Assembly (NCBI GenBank): GCA_946626695.1
Contig: CAMOUV010000001.1
Coordinates: 3,339-67,338, forward strand
DNA length: 64,000 bases
Direction: 5' to 3'
DNA from: an uncultured Blautia sp.
Lineage (GTDB): Bacteria; Bacillota; Clostridia; Lachnospirales; Lachnospiraceae
In this document: positions 9,741-18,852 of the stretch, piece by piece
Numbering within the stretch: the first letter of the stretch is position 1
How the letters are laid out: each line of letters begins with the position of its first letter
Notes under the pieces: model-generated
The model's database searches: none
Seen by the model: only the letters and a program-made list of their open reading frames with translations
Told to the model about the DNA's origin: nothing
Made by a program: the position numbers and the translations under genes

Positions 9741-10079
9741 ATGGACCGGATCGAGATGCTTACGGAGCAGCTTCTGCAGGCGATCCTGGAGAGCGATATC
9801 TATAAGGACTACGTGGAACAGGAAGAAAGACTGGAACATATCCCCGGACTCAAAGACCGGGTGAACCGGTTCCGGGCCGATAATTTCCTGATGCAGCAGG
9901 AGAATCCGTCGGATCTCTATGCGGTCTCGGAGATCATGGAACAGCGGTCCGCCGAGCTTCGGAAGGTTCCGGAGGCAAACGCCTATCTGGAGGCGGAGCT
10001 GGCGGTCAACAAAATGATGCAGAAAATCTGCGGGACCCTGTTTGCGGGCATCCGGTACAGCGTACCGGAGGATGTGTGA
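9741..10079 (+). CDS. YlbF/YmcA (RicAFT-like) family regulator
   Basis: Small helical protein with AYLEAELAVNKMMQ; typical position after rnj. Confidence 0.7.
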   Translation: MDRIEMLTEQLLQAILESDIYKDYVEQEERLEHIPGLKDRVNRFRADNFLMQQENPSDLYAVSEIMEQRSAELRKVPEANAYLEAELAVNKMMQKICGTLFAGIRYSVPEDV

Positions 10080-10094
10080 GAAAGGAGACCGGTC

Positions 10095-10499
10095 ATGGGA
10101 AATGCGAAGGATAAAGCCGGAAAGGTAGGTCTTGCGCTGGCGGGCGGCGTCTTTCATATCGCATTGTATGCGTGTGTTGCGGTGCTTTTGTTCTGGCTGG
10201 GCAAAACCGCTTACTACTTCGGCTACGATGTTTTCAACCAGCAGGCCATGAATCCCGGCGCCGGGCAGGAGGTCACGGTGGTGATCCAGGAAAACAGTAC
10301 GCCCTACAAGATCGGAAAGACCCTGGAGAGCAAGGGTCTGATCCGCAATGCCTATGTTTTTGTGGTACAGGAACGGCTTTCCAATTATCACGGAAAGCTG
10401 CAGCCGGGAACCTATCTGCTGAGCACGGCGTATACGCCGAACCGCATCATGGGAATCCTGGCGGGGGATAAAGAACAGGAAGGGGCCGCAAGCTCGTGA
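10095..10499 (+). CDS. Short MltG/YceG-like membrane protein (N-terminal part only)
   Basis: One TM helix, then IGKTLESKGLIRN and KLQPGTYLLS motifs; occupies the mltG (yrrL) position before the O-methyltransferase. Confidence 0.7.
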   Translation: MGNAKDKAGKVGLALAGGVFHIALYACVAVLLFWLGKTAYYFGYDVFNQQAMNPGAGQEVTVVIQENSTPYKIGKTLESKGLIRNAYVFVVQERLSNYHGKLQPGTYLLSTAYTPNRIMGILAGDKEQEGAASS

Positions 10500-11152
10500 C
10501 CGACGGAGAGAGACTGAAGGTTTTTATCGACTCCTTTGACAAAGGAAATACCGGGTTTCTGGACAGCCTGGAACAGGAAGCCCTGGAGATGCATGTGCCT
10601 GTGATCCGCAGGGAGACACAGAAGCTGATCCGGACTCTTCTTGCGCTGCAGAAACCGAAGCAGATTCTGGAGGTGGGGACGGCCGTTGGCTTCTCCACAC
10701 TTCTTATGTGTGAGTATGGTCCTGCGGATCTTCATGTCACCACCATCGAAAATGATGAAGAACGGATCCGCAAGGCTGCCGACAACTTCCGGAGAGCGGG
10801 AAGAGAAGAACAGATCACGCTTCTGGCCGGAGATGCCCAGGATGTCCTGGAACGTCTCGCGGGGCCCTTCGACCTGATCTTTATGGATGCGGCGAAGGGA
10901 CAGTATATCCGCTGGCTGCCGGAGCTGCTGCGGCTCATGCGGCCCGGAAGTCTTCTGATTTCGGACAATGTCCTTCAGAACGGAGATCTGGTGCAGTCCC
11001 ATTATCTGGTGGAACGGCGGAAACGGACCATCTATAAACGGATGCGGGAATATCTGCATGCCCTTACCCATGATCCCGCTCTGGAGACGGTGATCCTTCC
11101 GTCGGGGGACGGAGCTTCACTGAGTGTAAAACTGGAGGAACCTGGAGAATGA
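10496..11152 (+). CDS. trmR: O-methyltransferase (TrmR/YrrM family, tRNA 5-hydroxyuridine methyltransferase)
   Basis: ILEVGTAVGFS, FDLIFMDAAKGQY, LISDNVL; followed by a U32 gene. Confidence 0.8.
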   Translation: MTDGERLKVFIDSFDKGNTGFLDSLEQEALEMHVPVIRRETQKLIRTLLALQKPKQILEVGTAVGFSTLLMCEYGPADLHVTTIENDEERIRKAADNFRRAGREEQITLLAGDAQDVLERLAGPFDLIFMDAAKGQYIRWLPELLRLMRPGSLLISDNVLQNGDLVQSHYLVERRKRTIYKRMREYLHALTHDPALETVILPSGDGASLSVKLEEPGE

Positions 11153-12381
11153 AAAAACCGGAACTGCTGGTGCCTGCCAGCAGCCTTGAGGTGCTGAAGA
11201 TCGCGGTGCTTTACGGAGCGGACGCGGTCTATATCGGCGGGGAAGCCTACGGCCTTCGGGCGAAGGCCAGAAATTTTTCCATGGAGGATATGGAGAAGGG
11301 CATTCGTTTTGCCCATGAACACGGGGTCAAGGTGCACGTGACCGTCAATATCCTGGCGCATAACCGTGATCTGGCCGGTGTGCGGGAATATCTGCAGGAG
11401 CTGAAAGGCCTGGCTCCGGATGCCCTGATCATCGCGGATCCCGGAATTTTCACCCTGGCCCGGGAGATCTGTCCGGAGATCGACATTCATATCAGCACCC
11501 AGGCCAACAACACCAATTCGGAGACCTTCCGGTTCTGGCACAGACTGGGAGCCCGGCGGGTCGTGACAGCCAGGGAGCTTTCCCTGGAGGAAATCCGGGA
11601 GATCCGCGCATCCGTGCCGGAGGATCTGGAGATCGAGACGTTTATTCACGGGGCCATGTGCATTTCCTATTCCGGCCGCTGTCTGCTGAGCAATTTTCTG
11701 ACCGGCAGGGATGCGAACCGGGGAGAATGCACCCATCCCTGCCGCTGGAAATATTCCCTGATGGAAGAAACACGGCCGGGAGAGTACATGCCGGTTTTTG
11801 AAAATGAAAGAGGAACCTATATTTTTAATTCCAAGGATCTGTGCATGATCGAGCATCTGGAGGATCTGGCGGAGAGCGGTGTGGACAGCATGAAGATCGA
11901 GGGCAGGATGAAGACGGCCCTGTATGTCGCCACCGTGGCCCGGACCTACCGGAGAGCCATCGACGATCTGATGAAGGATCCGGCCTTGTATCAGGCCCAC
12001 ATGGACTGGTACAGGGAACAGATCTCCAACTGTACCTACCGGCAGTTCACCACCGGTTTCTTTTATGGCAGACCGACGGAGGAAAGCCAGATCTACGACA
12101 GCAATACCTATATCCGGGAATACACCTATCTCGGATACGCGGAGGAGGTATGCCCGGACGGACGGGTGCGTATCACGCAGCGGAATAAATTTGTGACCGG
12201 GGAGACCATAGAGATCATGAAGCCGGACGGACGGGACATTCCCGTGCAGATCCGCTCGATCCGGGACGAAAGTGGCGCAGAGGTGGAAAGCGCGCCCCAT
12301 CCGCAGCAGGTGCTCTACGTGGATCTGGGACCGGGAATCGAGACCTATGACATTCTTCGCCGTCCGGAGGACGGCCAGTGA
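11149..12381 (+). CDS. U32 family protein (TrhP-like tRNA hydroxylation)
   Basis: KPELLVPA, GADAVYIGG, HGAMCISYSGRC, NRGECTHPCRW, SMKIEGRMK. Confidence 0.9.
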   Translation: MKKPELLVPASSLEVLKIAVLYGADAVYIGGEAYGLRAKARNFSMEDMEKGIRFAHEHGVKVHVTVNILAHNRDLAGVREYLQELKGLAPDALIIADPGIFTLAREICPEIDIHISTQANNTNSETFRFWHRLGARRVVTARELSLEEIREIRASVPEDLEIETFIHGAMCISYSGRCLLSNFLTGRDANRGECTHPCRWKYSLMEETRPGEYMPVFENERGTYIFNSKDLCMIEHLEDLAESGVDSMKIEGRMKTALYVATVARTYRRAIDDLMKDPALYQAHMDWYREQISNCTYRQFTTGFFYGRPTEESQIYDSNTYIREYTYLGYAEEVCPDGRVRITQRNKFVTGETIEIMKPDGRDIPVQIRSIRDESGAEVESAPHPQQVLYVDLGPGIETYDILRRPEDGQ

Positions 12382-12399
12382 CAGAAAAGGGGACCCGAA

Positions 12400-15300
12400 T
12401 TGAAAAAGAGGATCGATGAGCTTTTGAATGGAGAATTTGAATATGAGCCGCCCGTTCTCATGTTTTCCCAGGAAAGCGTGGAGGTGGAGCTTCCGGCCGG
12501 CGAGACAGCCCAGAGAGAGCTGTATATCGGCACGGAACAGAACCGGAAGATCCGCGGGTATGTGACGTCCTCTGACCGGAGACTGGTGCCGGGACTGGAA
12601 ATCTTTTCCGGGACCACCATACGCCTTCCCTTCGGCATCGATGCGGTGGGCCTGCTTCCCGGCGAAGTCCGTGAGGAGTGGCTCTGCTTCACCACGAATG
12701 TGGGCGAGTATAAGATCCCGGTCACGATCCGTACCGGATCGGGGGTCCTGTCCACATCGGAGGGGGAGGTCCGCTCCCTCGATGATTTTGCGAAGATCGC
12801 GGAGGAGGATTTCCGGGAAGCTTATCGAATGTTCACGGATCCGGAGTTTGAGAGACTGTGCGAAAAGCAGTCCGACGGGAGGATCCGTTCCTTGTATGCC
12901 GGTCTGTCCGCGCAGCCGGTCACCTATCAGAACCTGGAGGAATTCCTGATCGCCGCCGGCCGGAAGGAGAAGGTCACGGTGCGACTCCAGGAATACCGGA
13001 GAGAAATTTTCGAGATCACCGAATCCACCCGGGAGTCGGTGCTCCTTACCCGCAGCGGCTGGGGCCATCTGCGGATGGATGTGGTGGTGGAAGGCGGCTT
13101 TATCGAGACGGAAAAGCGTGTGATCACCGATGAAGATTTTATCGGAAGCTCCTACAACCTGGCCTATGTGATCCGGCAGGAAAAGCTGGGAGAGGGCAAT
13201 CAGTACGGAGGGATCCGCATCATCACGCCCTATCAGGAGCTGTTCTTTGAGGTGGTCGCCTCCAGGACCATGCGCTCGGGGGTGCAGATCCATCTGGAGG
13301 AACAGAAATGCCGGCTGAATCTGATGCGGGATTATCTGGATTACCGCTGCCAGACGCTGGACTGTCCCGCCTGGGCGGCGCAGTCGCATTATGAACTGAA
13401 CCGGCTGAAGGATTCGGGCTTTGATTATCCGGAATACCGGATCTATGAGGTTTTTGTCCTCTGGAAGGAGGGCAAAAAGGAAGAGGCAGCGGATCTGCTG
13501 AGAGAGTTTCACAGCCAGTCCTTTATCCGTGACAACCCGGAGATCGCCGGACTGTATCTGTATCTCTGCTCCGAGGCCGGCCTGTACAAGGACAAGGATG
13601 CGGTCCTCCGCAGAATCCAGGCTTTGCGGGCCCGGAACGAAAAAAGCTTTGTCCTGCAGGAGATCCTGCTTCAGGTGGATCCGGAGCTGGTGCGGCTGCC
13701 CTCGAGGGCACTGTACGAGCTGGAGGAGCTTTTTGAGAGAGGCTGCCGGAACCCGGTCCTGTATCTGGAGGCCTGGGTGCGCATCTGCATGGATGAGAGC
13801 CTCCTGCACCGGCTCAGCCGTTTCTGGATCCAGGTATTTCTGTTCGCGGGACGGAAAGGGCTTCTGACCCAGGAGCTTACCAACCGTTTCACCTTCCTGT
13901 CCGGAAACGAAAAAGAATTCCGGGAGAGCCTGTACCGGGCGCTGGTGTACGGGTACGAGGCGTATCCCTCCGACGATTCGCTGGAGGCGATCTGCCAGTA
14001 TATCATGCGCGGAAACCCGCGGAAGAAGGAGTATTTCCGCTGGTTCGAGCTGGCCGTGGAGCGGGACATCCGTCTCACAAGGGTGTTTGAATATTATATG
14101 GAGACCCTGGACATTTCCTATCACCGGGAGCTGCCCAAGTCTCTTCTGATGTATTTCAACTACAACAACAGCAATCTGGGGGATACAAGAAAAGCCTACA
14201 TCTATGCGGATGTGATCGCGAACCGCGATCAGGATCCCCAGACCTACAAAAGCTATCAGGAGACCATCCGTTCCTTTGCCGCCCAGAAGATCCGGGAGGG
14301 CAGGGTCAGCGAGGATTATGCGCTCCTGTATCAGGAATATCTCCATTCACCGGAAAATCAGGAGGAGGCACGGATCCTTTCGGGCATCCTTTTCGTCAAT
14401 CGTCTGTACTGCGACAGCAAGAAGGTCCGCTGTGTGATCGTGCGGCACAGCCAGCTGGTGCGGGAAGAGCTGTATCCCTGTGTCCAGGGCGTTGCGTACC
14501 CGCGGATCTACACGTCGGACGCGGCTGTCCTGTTCCAGGACGACAAGCAGCGCCGTTACAGCGCCACGGTGGATTACAATCTGAAGAAACTGATGGACGA
14601 GCGGGATCTCATCCCGCAGATCCTTGAAAAACGATATACGGAGCCCGGGATCCTTCTGAATTACTGTGAGACCCGGGAGATCACCGAACAGAATCTGGCG
14701 GTTTTCCAGCAGGTGGTCCAGTCCGATTCCTTCACGCCGGAATACCAGAAAGAGATCCGCAGGAGGATCCTTTCCTGGTACCGGGAGAATGTGCGGGGCT
14801 CCGAGCTGGACGGACTTCTGAAAAAGCTGGACTATCGGGAATATGCCCTGGTGGACCGGAAGACGCTTCTGGAGATCCTGATCGAAAGGGGACTGTTCCG
14901 CCAGGCCTACAGGATCGTGGAGGAGTTCGGGGCAGAAGAGGTGAGCCGGCCGGATCTGCTGAAGCTGGTAAGCCGCATGATCATCCGGCGGGATATGCGG
15001 GAGGATGACGAGCTGATCGCGCTTTCTTCCCAGGTGTTCCGGAACGGACTTTATGACGAAATGATCCTCCGTTATCTGATGATGTACCGCAACGGTCCGG
15101 TGGATGAGCTGTTTGCCATCCGCAAAAGCGCCGAGGGCTTTGAACTGGACACCTATTCCTTTGACGAGAAGATCCTGCAGCTTCTGATGCTGACCCAGGA
15201 TTACCGGAAGGAAGGGGAAAAGGTCCTGGAAAGCTATGTCCGTGAGTCCGGCAGGGAGAAAATCATCGGGGCGTATCTGACCCAGCTTTCCTACGGCGCG

Positions 15301-15933
15301 TTCGTGAAGGAGCACGGGATCAGTCCCTTTGTGCGGAGCTGTCTGGAGACGGCCTTCCGGAACGAATGGGAAGTGGATCAGGTCTGCCATCTGGCGCTGT
15401 TCAAATCCCTGGTGCGGGAGAAGGACAGCCGGGGCGATTATAAAGAAATGAAAGAAAAGCTGCTCCGGGAGTGCATGGAAAAAGGAATGGTATTCGGCTT
15501 CTTCCGGAAGCTTCCCCAGGATATCCTGAGCCCCTGGCAGCTGGATGACAAAACCTTTGTGGAATGTCATGCCGGGCCCGATGCCTCGGTGACCCTGTTC
15601 TACCGGCTGGATTCGGGACTGGGGGATGACGGGAATTATGTGTCCCAGCCGCTTGCCCCGGTGTATCAGGGGATTTTTGTGAGAACCTTTACCTTGTTTT
15701 ACGGAGAAACGCTGCGGTATTATTTTGTCATCGAGGAAAACGGGAAGAGCCGTAAGACCTCGGAGCGCGTGCTTACCATGAACCGGGTGGAGGGGAATCC
15801 TTCCTCCCGTTATCAGCTGATCAATCAGCTGCTGTCCTCCCGGAAGCTGAAGAAGGACCGGGAGACGGCTGCGGGCCTGAAACAGTATCTCCGTCAGGAA
15901 CAGTATGTCAATGAAATGTTCAGACTGCAATAA
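12400..15933 (+). CDS. DUF5717-family large cytoplasmic protein (beta-rich N- and C-terminal domains, long helical core)
   Basis: 1177 aa ORF with native codon usage, TTG start after GGGG RBS. MKKRIDELLNGEFEY start and C-terminal FTLFYGETLRYY recalled as DUF5717. Confidence 0.7.
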   Translation: MKKRIDELLNGEFEYEPPVLMFSQESVEVELPAGETAQRELYIGTEQNRKIRGYVTSSDRRLVPGLEIFSGTTIRLPFGIDAVGLLPGEVREEWLCFTTNVGEYKIPVTIRTGSGVLSTSEGEVRSLDDFAKIAEEDFREAYRMFTDPEFERLCEKQSDGRIRSLYAGLSAQPVTYQNLEEFLIAAGRKEKVTVRLQEYRREIFEITESTRESVLLTRSGWGHLRMDVVVEGGFIETEKRVITDEDFIGSSYNLAYVIRQEKLGEGNQYGGIRIITPYQELFFEVVASRTMRSGVQIHLEEQKCRLNLMRDYLDYRCQTLDCPAWAAQSHYELNRLKDSGFDYPEYRIYEVFVLWKEGKKEEAADLLREFHSQSFIRDNPEIAGLYLYLCSEAGLYKDKDAVLRRIQALRARNEKSFVLQEILLQVDPELVRLPSRALYELEELFERGCRNPVLYLEAWVRICMDESLLHRLSRFWIQVFLFAGRKGLLTQELTNRFTFLSGNEKEFRESLYRALVYGYEAYPSDDSLEAICQYIMRGNPRKKEYFRWFELAVERDIRLTRVFEYYMETLDISYHRELPKSLLMYFNYNNSNLGDTRKAYIYADVIANRDQDPQTYKSYQETIRSFAAQKIREGRVSEDYALLYQEYLHSPENQEEARILSGILFVNRLYCDSKKVRCVIVRHSQLVREELYPCVQGVAYPRIYTSDAAVLFQDDKQRRYSATVDYNLKKLMDERDLIPQILEKRYTEPGILLNYCETREITEQNLAVFQQVVQSDSFTPEYQKEIRRRILSWYRENVRGSELDGLLKKLDYREYALVDRKTLLEILIERGLFRQAYRIVEEFGAEEVSRPDLLKLVSRMIIRRDMREDDELIALSSQVFRNGLYDEMILRYLMMYRNGPVDELFAIRKSAEGFELDTYSFDEKILQLLMLTQDYRKEGEKVLESYVRESGREKIIGAYLTQLSYGAFVKEHGISPFVRSCLETAFRNEWEVDQVCHLALFKSLVREKDSRGDYKEMKEKLLRECMEKGMVFGFFRKLPQDILSPWQLDDKTFVECHAGPDASVTLFYRLDSGLGDDGNYVSQPLAPVYQGIFVRTFTLFYGETLRYYFVIEENGKSRKTSERVLTMNRVEGNPSSRYQLINQLLSSRKLKKDRETAAGLKQYLRQEQYVNEMFRLQ

Positions 15934-15944
15934 GGAGCTATGGA

Positions 15945-17210
15945 ATGAATGAGATTCGGGATCTGATCATCGGAATCGATTTTGGAAAAGAAAATACACA
16001 GCTCTGCTACTATGACCGCAAGGCGGATGAGCCCCGCTCGATCTCCATGAAGGTGGGAGCCAATGTCTACGAAGCTCCAACGGCTTTATGCCGGAGAGCC
16101 GGGCAGGCCGAATACTCGGTGGGAATCGAGGCGGAATATTTTTCCCGGGAGAAAAACGGTTATCTGATCGAGAATCTCTACGAGATCACCGGGAAGGAGG
16201 AGCCGGTGCAGGTGCTGGAGGAATCCAGGGAGCCCTGGGAGCTGGCGGCTTCTTTTATCAAAGGCATGCTGCGGTATCTCGGGGTGATGGAAGTGATCCG
16301 GAACACCCGCTGCCTGTGCATCGCCACCCCGTCTCTCACGGATATCCGGGTGAAAAACCTGAAGCGTGCCTGCACATCCCTCGGGATCCCGGAGGACCGT
16401 TTTCTGCTGATGGATTACGGGGAAAGCTTCTTTTATTATGTGATGACGCAGAAAAAAGAGGTGGTGAACCGCAGTGTGGCCTGGTACATTTTTGACGGCA
16501 ATGAGGTCACCTTCCGGAAGCTTTCGGTCAACAACGCCAGAAAGCCCGTCCTGGTACAGCTTGAGGAGCCGGTAACGACGACGCTGCCGGAGACGGCCCG
16601 GGAAAGAGATTCGGCCTTCTGCACGTTTATCCAGGAAACGGTGGGGACGGAGCTGTTCTCCAGCATTCAGATCAGCGGGGAAGGCTTTGACACCGACTGG
16701 GCGAAACAGGCGGTAAAGCTTCTGTGTTTTCAGAAACGGAAGGTATATTATGGAAACAATCTTCATGCGGGAGGAGCCTGCGCGGCGGGAAAGGAACGCA
16801 TGGAGGACCGGAATCTTAAGAATATCCGCTTCTTGAGCCAGTCCATTGTCAGGGAAGACGTGGGGATGGAAATGCTGGTCATGGGGTCTCCGGCCTATGT
16901 GCCGCTGATCACCGGCGGAGAAAACTGGTATGAATGCAGCAGCCGCTGCGAGCTGATCCTCAATAAGACCGAAGACCTGGTGTTTGTGGTTCTGCGGATG
17001 GGCGAGACCGAGAAAAAGCGGGTCGTGATGCATCTTCCCGGACTGCCGGCAAGACCGGACAAGACGACCCGGCTTCTGCTGGAGCTGGCCTATGTTTCGC
17101 CGGACCGCTGCCGCATCACGGTGACGGATCTCGGCTTTGGCGATATGTTCCCCTCCAGCGGAAAGGTCTGGAAGGAGACAGTGAACTGGACAGAGGAGGG
17201 AGTATCATGA
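15945..17210 (+). CDS. DUF5716-family protein; divergent Hsp70/actin-like fold
   Basis: N-terminal IIGIDFG (cf. DnaK IIGIDLG); C-terminal LPGLPARPDKTTRL...VTDLGFG (cf. DnaK SBD-beta). Confidence 0.7.
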   Translation: MNEIRDLIIGIDFGKENTQLCYYDRKADEPRSISMKVGANVYEAPTALCRRAGQAEYSVGIEAEYFSREKNGYLIENLYEITGKEEPVQVLEESREPWELAASFIKGMLRYLGVMEVIRNTRCLCIATPSLTDIRVKNLKRACTSLGIPEDRFLLMDYGESFFYYVMTQKKEVVNRSVAWYIFDGNEVTFRKLSVNNARKPVLVQLEEPVTTTLPETARERDSAFCTFIQETVGTELFSSIQISGEGFDTDWAKQAVKLLCFQKRKVYYGNNLHAGGACAAGKERMEDRNLKNIRFLSQSIVREDVGMEMLVMGSPAYVPLITGGENWYECSSRCELILNKTEDLVFVVLRMGETEKKRVVMHLPGLPARPDKTTRLLLELAYVSPDRCRITVTDLGFGDMFPSSGKVWKETVNWTEEGVS

Positions 17211-18010
17211 CCGGATATATCCTTTGTCAGACAAAACGGACCGAAGTTCCCTTTTATCTGGAGAATATCAGCACCAACATCTACTCTCTGGAGGAGCTTT
17301 GCTATTTTCTGTACAACAATCTGTATCTTGTGGATGAGACTGTGATCCGGGAGGATCTGTGCCGCTGGATCGACACGGAGCTGCATCTGCCCGCCTTGGC
17401 GGCGAAGCTCCGGCCTCATCTGGGCAAGTTTGCGGATCTGCAGGATTTCCTGTATCCGATTTTCAAGGAGATCAATTACCTGACCTATGAGGAGCTGCGG
17501 AATCTGAACGGCCGCCTTGCCTCCCTGGAGGGGGAGACCCTCAGTGTGCGGAAGAAGCTGAAGGGGGATGCCCTGGTGCAGAACGGAATGTATGTCAATG
17601 CCATCCGTTCCTACCGGGAGATCCTTTCTTATGCGGAGTATCGTGTCGAACCGGAGCAGATGACCGAGGGAGAAAGAGAATTCGCATCGAAGGTCTGGCA
17701 TAATCTGGGCTGTGCCTATGCCCGCCTCTTTCAGATGGAAAAAGCGCTGGAATGCTTCTGGAAAAGCTTCGGGATCAGCGGAAAACGGGAGGAACTGAAA
17801 GTTTACCTGCTGGCCTTCCGGAGTGTGAGGACACCGCTGGAATATGAGAGCCGCCTGGCGGAGACCGGAGCGGATCAGGAAATGACGGCGGAGATCGAGC
17901 AGGAGCTGGATCGCTTTGCCCGTCTTCCGGAGACCCCGGTGTACGGGCGGAATATCGACAGTACCCTGGAACGGATCACCCGGGAATATCACAGGAGCAC
18001 AGGATCATAA
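17207..18010 (+). CDS. Conserved hypothetical protein with a TPR-like segment
   Basis: Overlaps the previous stop (ATGA). GDALVQNGMYVNAIRSY and KVWHNLGCAYARLFQMEKALECF are TPR-like helices. Confidence 0.75.
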   Translation: MTGYILCQTKRTEVPFYLENISTNIYSLEELCYFLYNNLYLVDETVIREDLCRWIDTELHLPALAAKLRPHLGKFADLQDFLYPIFKEINYLTYEELRNLNGRLASLEGETLSVRKKLKGDALVQNGMYVNAIRSYREILSYAEYRVEPEQMTEGEREFASKVWHNLGCAYARLFQMEKALECFWKSFGISGKREELKVYLLAFRSVRTPLEYESRLAETGADQEMTAEIEQELDRFARLPETPVYGRNIDSTLERITREYHRSTGS

Positions 18011-18018
18011 TTTTCCGG

Positions 18019-18047
18019 TTGCTTTTGAGAAAGGCCTGTTATATAAT
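18019..18047 (+). promoter_or_regulatory. sigma-A promoter of purC-purB-purA
   Basis: TTGCTT-17 bp-TATAAT. Confidence 0.7.
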
Positions 18048-18116
18048 ACGTGGGTGTGTTAGCCTGAAACATCATTATGAACAATCTGTGTACATCGAAA
18101 GGAACAGGTGCTGGAC

Positions 18117-18824
18117 ATGGAAAAAAGAGAACAGCTCTACGAAGGAAAAGCAAAGAAGGTTTTTGCCACAGAGGATCCGGATGTCGTGATCGTCAGCTAC
18201 AAGGATGATGCCACCGCATTCAACGGAGAGAAGAAAGGCACGATCCAGGGCAAAGGCGTGATCAACAACCGCATGACGAATCTTGTTTTCCGGAAGTTTG
18301 AAGAAGCCGGCATTCCGACGCATTTTATTTCGGAGCTGAATGACAGAGAGACAGCGGTCAAAAAGGTTGACATCGTCCCGCTGGAGGTGATCATCCGGAA
18401 CGTAGCCGCAGGCAGCTTTTCCAAGAGAATGGGCGTGGCGGAAGGAACGGCGCTTCTCTGCCCGATCCTGGAGTTCAGCTACAAGAACGATGCGCTGGGC
18501 GATCCTTTTATCAACGATGATTATGCTCTGGCCCTGGGCCTTGCCACAAAGGAGGAGCTGGACCAGATCCGTGAATATACCCTGAAGGTCAACGAGATCA
18601 TGAAGGAGTATTTCCTTCAGGCCGGTCTGAAGCTGATCGACTTCAAGATCGAGTTCGGCCGTTATCATGGCCAGATCCTGCTGGCGGACGAAGTATCCCC
18701 GGATACCTGCCGTCTCTGGGATGTGGAGACCAACGAAAAACTGGATAAAGACCGTTTCCGCCGGGATCTCGGCAATGTGGAAGAGGCCTACAACGAAGTC
18801 TTCCATCGTCTGGGACTGGATTGA
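18117..18824 (+). CDS. purC: SAICAR synthetase
   Basis: [50 protein letters not shown]. Confidence 0.96.
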   Translation: MEKREQLYEGKAKKVFATEDPDVVIVSYKDDATAFNGEKKGTIQGKGVINNRMTNLVFRKFEEAGIPTHFISELNDRETAVKKVDIVPLEVIIRNVAAGSFSKRMGVAEGTALLCPILEFSYKNDALGDPFINDDYALALGLATKEELDQIREYTLKVNEIMKEYFLQAGLKLIDFKIEFGRYHGQILLADEVSPDTCRLWDVETNEKLDKDRFRRDLGNVEEAYNEVFHRLGLD

Positions 18825-18852
18825 TCCCGCAGAAGAATATAGGGAGAACAGT

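Noticed and set aside
11032-15930. Very long minus-strand ORFs (1104 aa and 527 aa) opposite the U32/DUF5717 genes
   Set aside because: Shadow ORFs produced by the strong codon bias of the plus-strand genes; no RBS and no recognisable motifs
18048-18116. Purine riboswitch or PurR box upstream of purC
   Set aside because: The leader is too short and lacks the guanine/ZTP riboswitch or PurBox consensus
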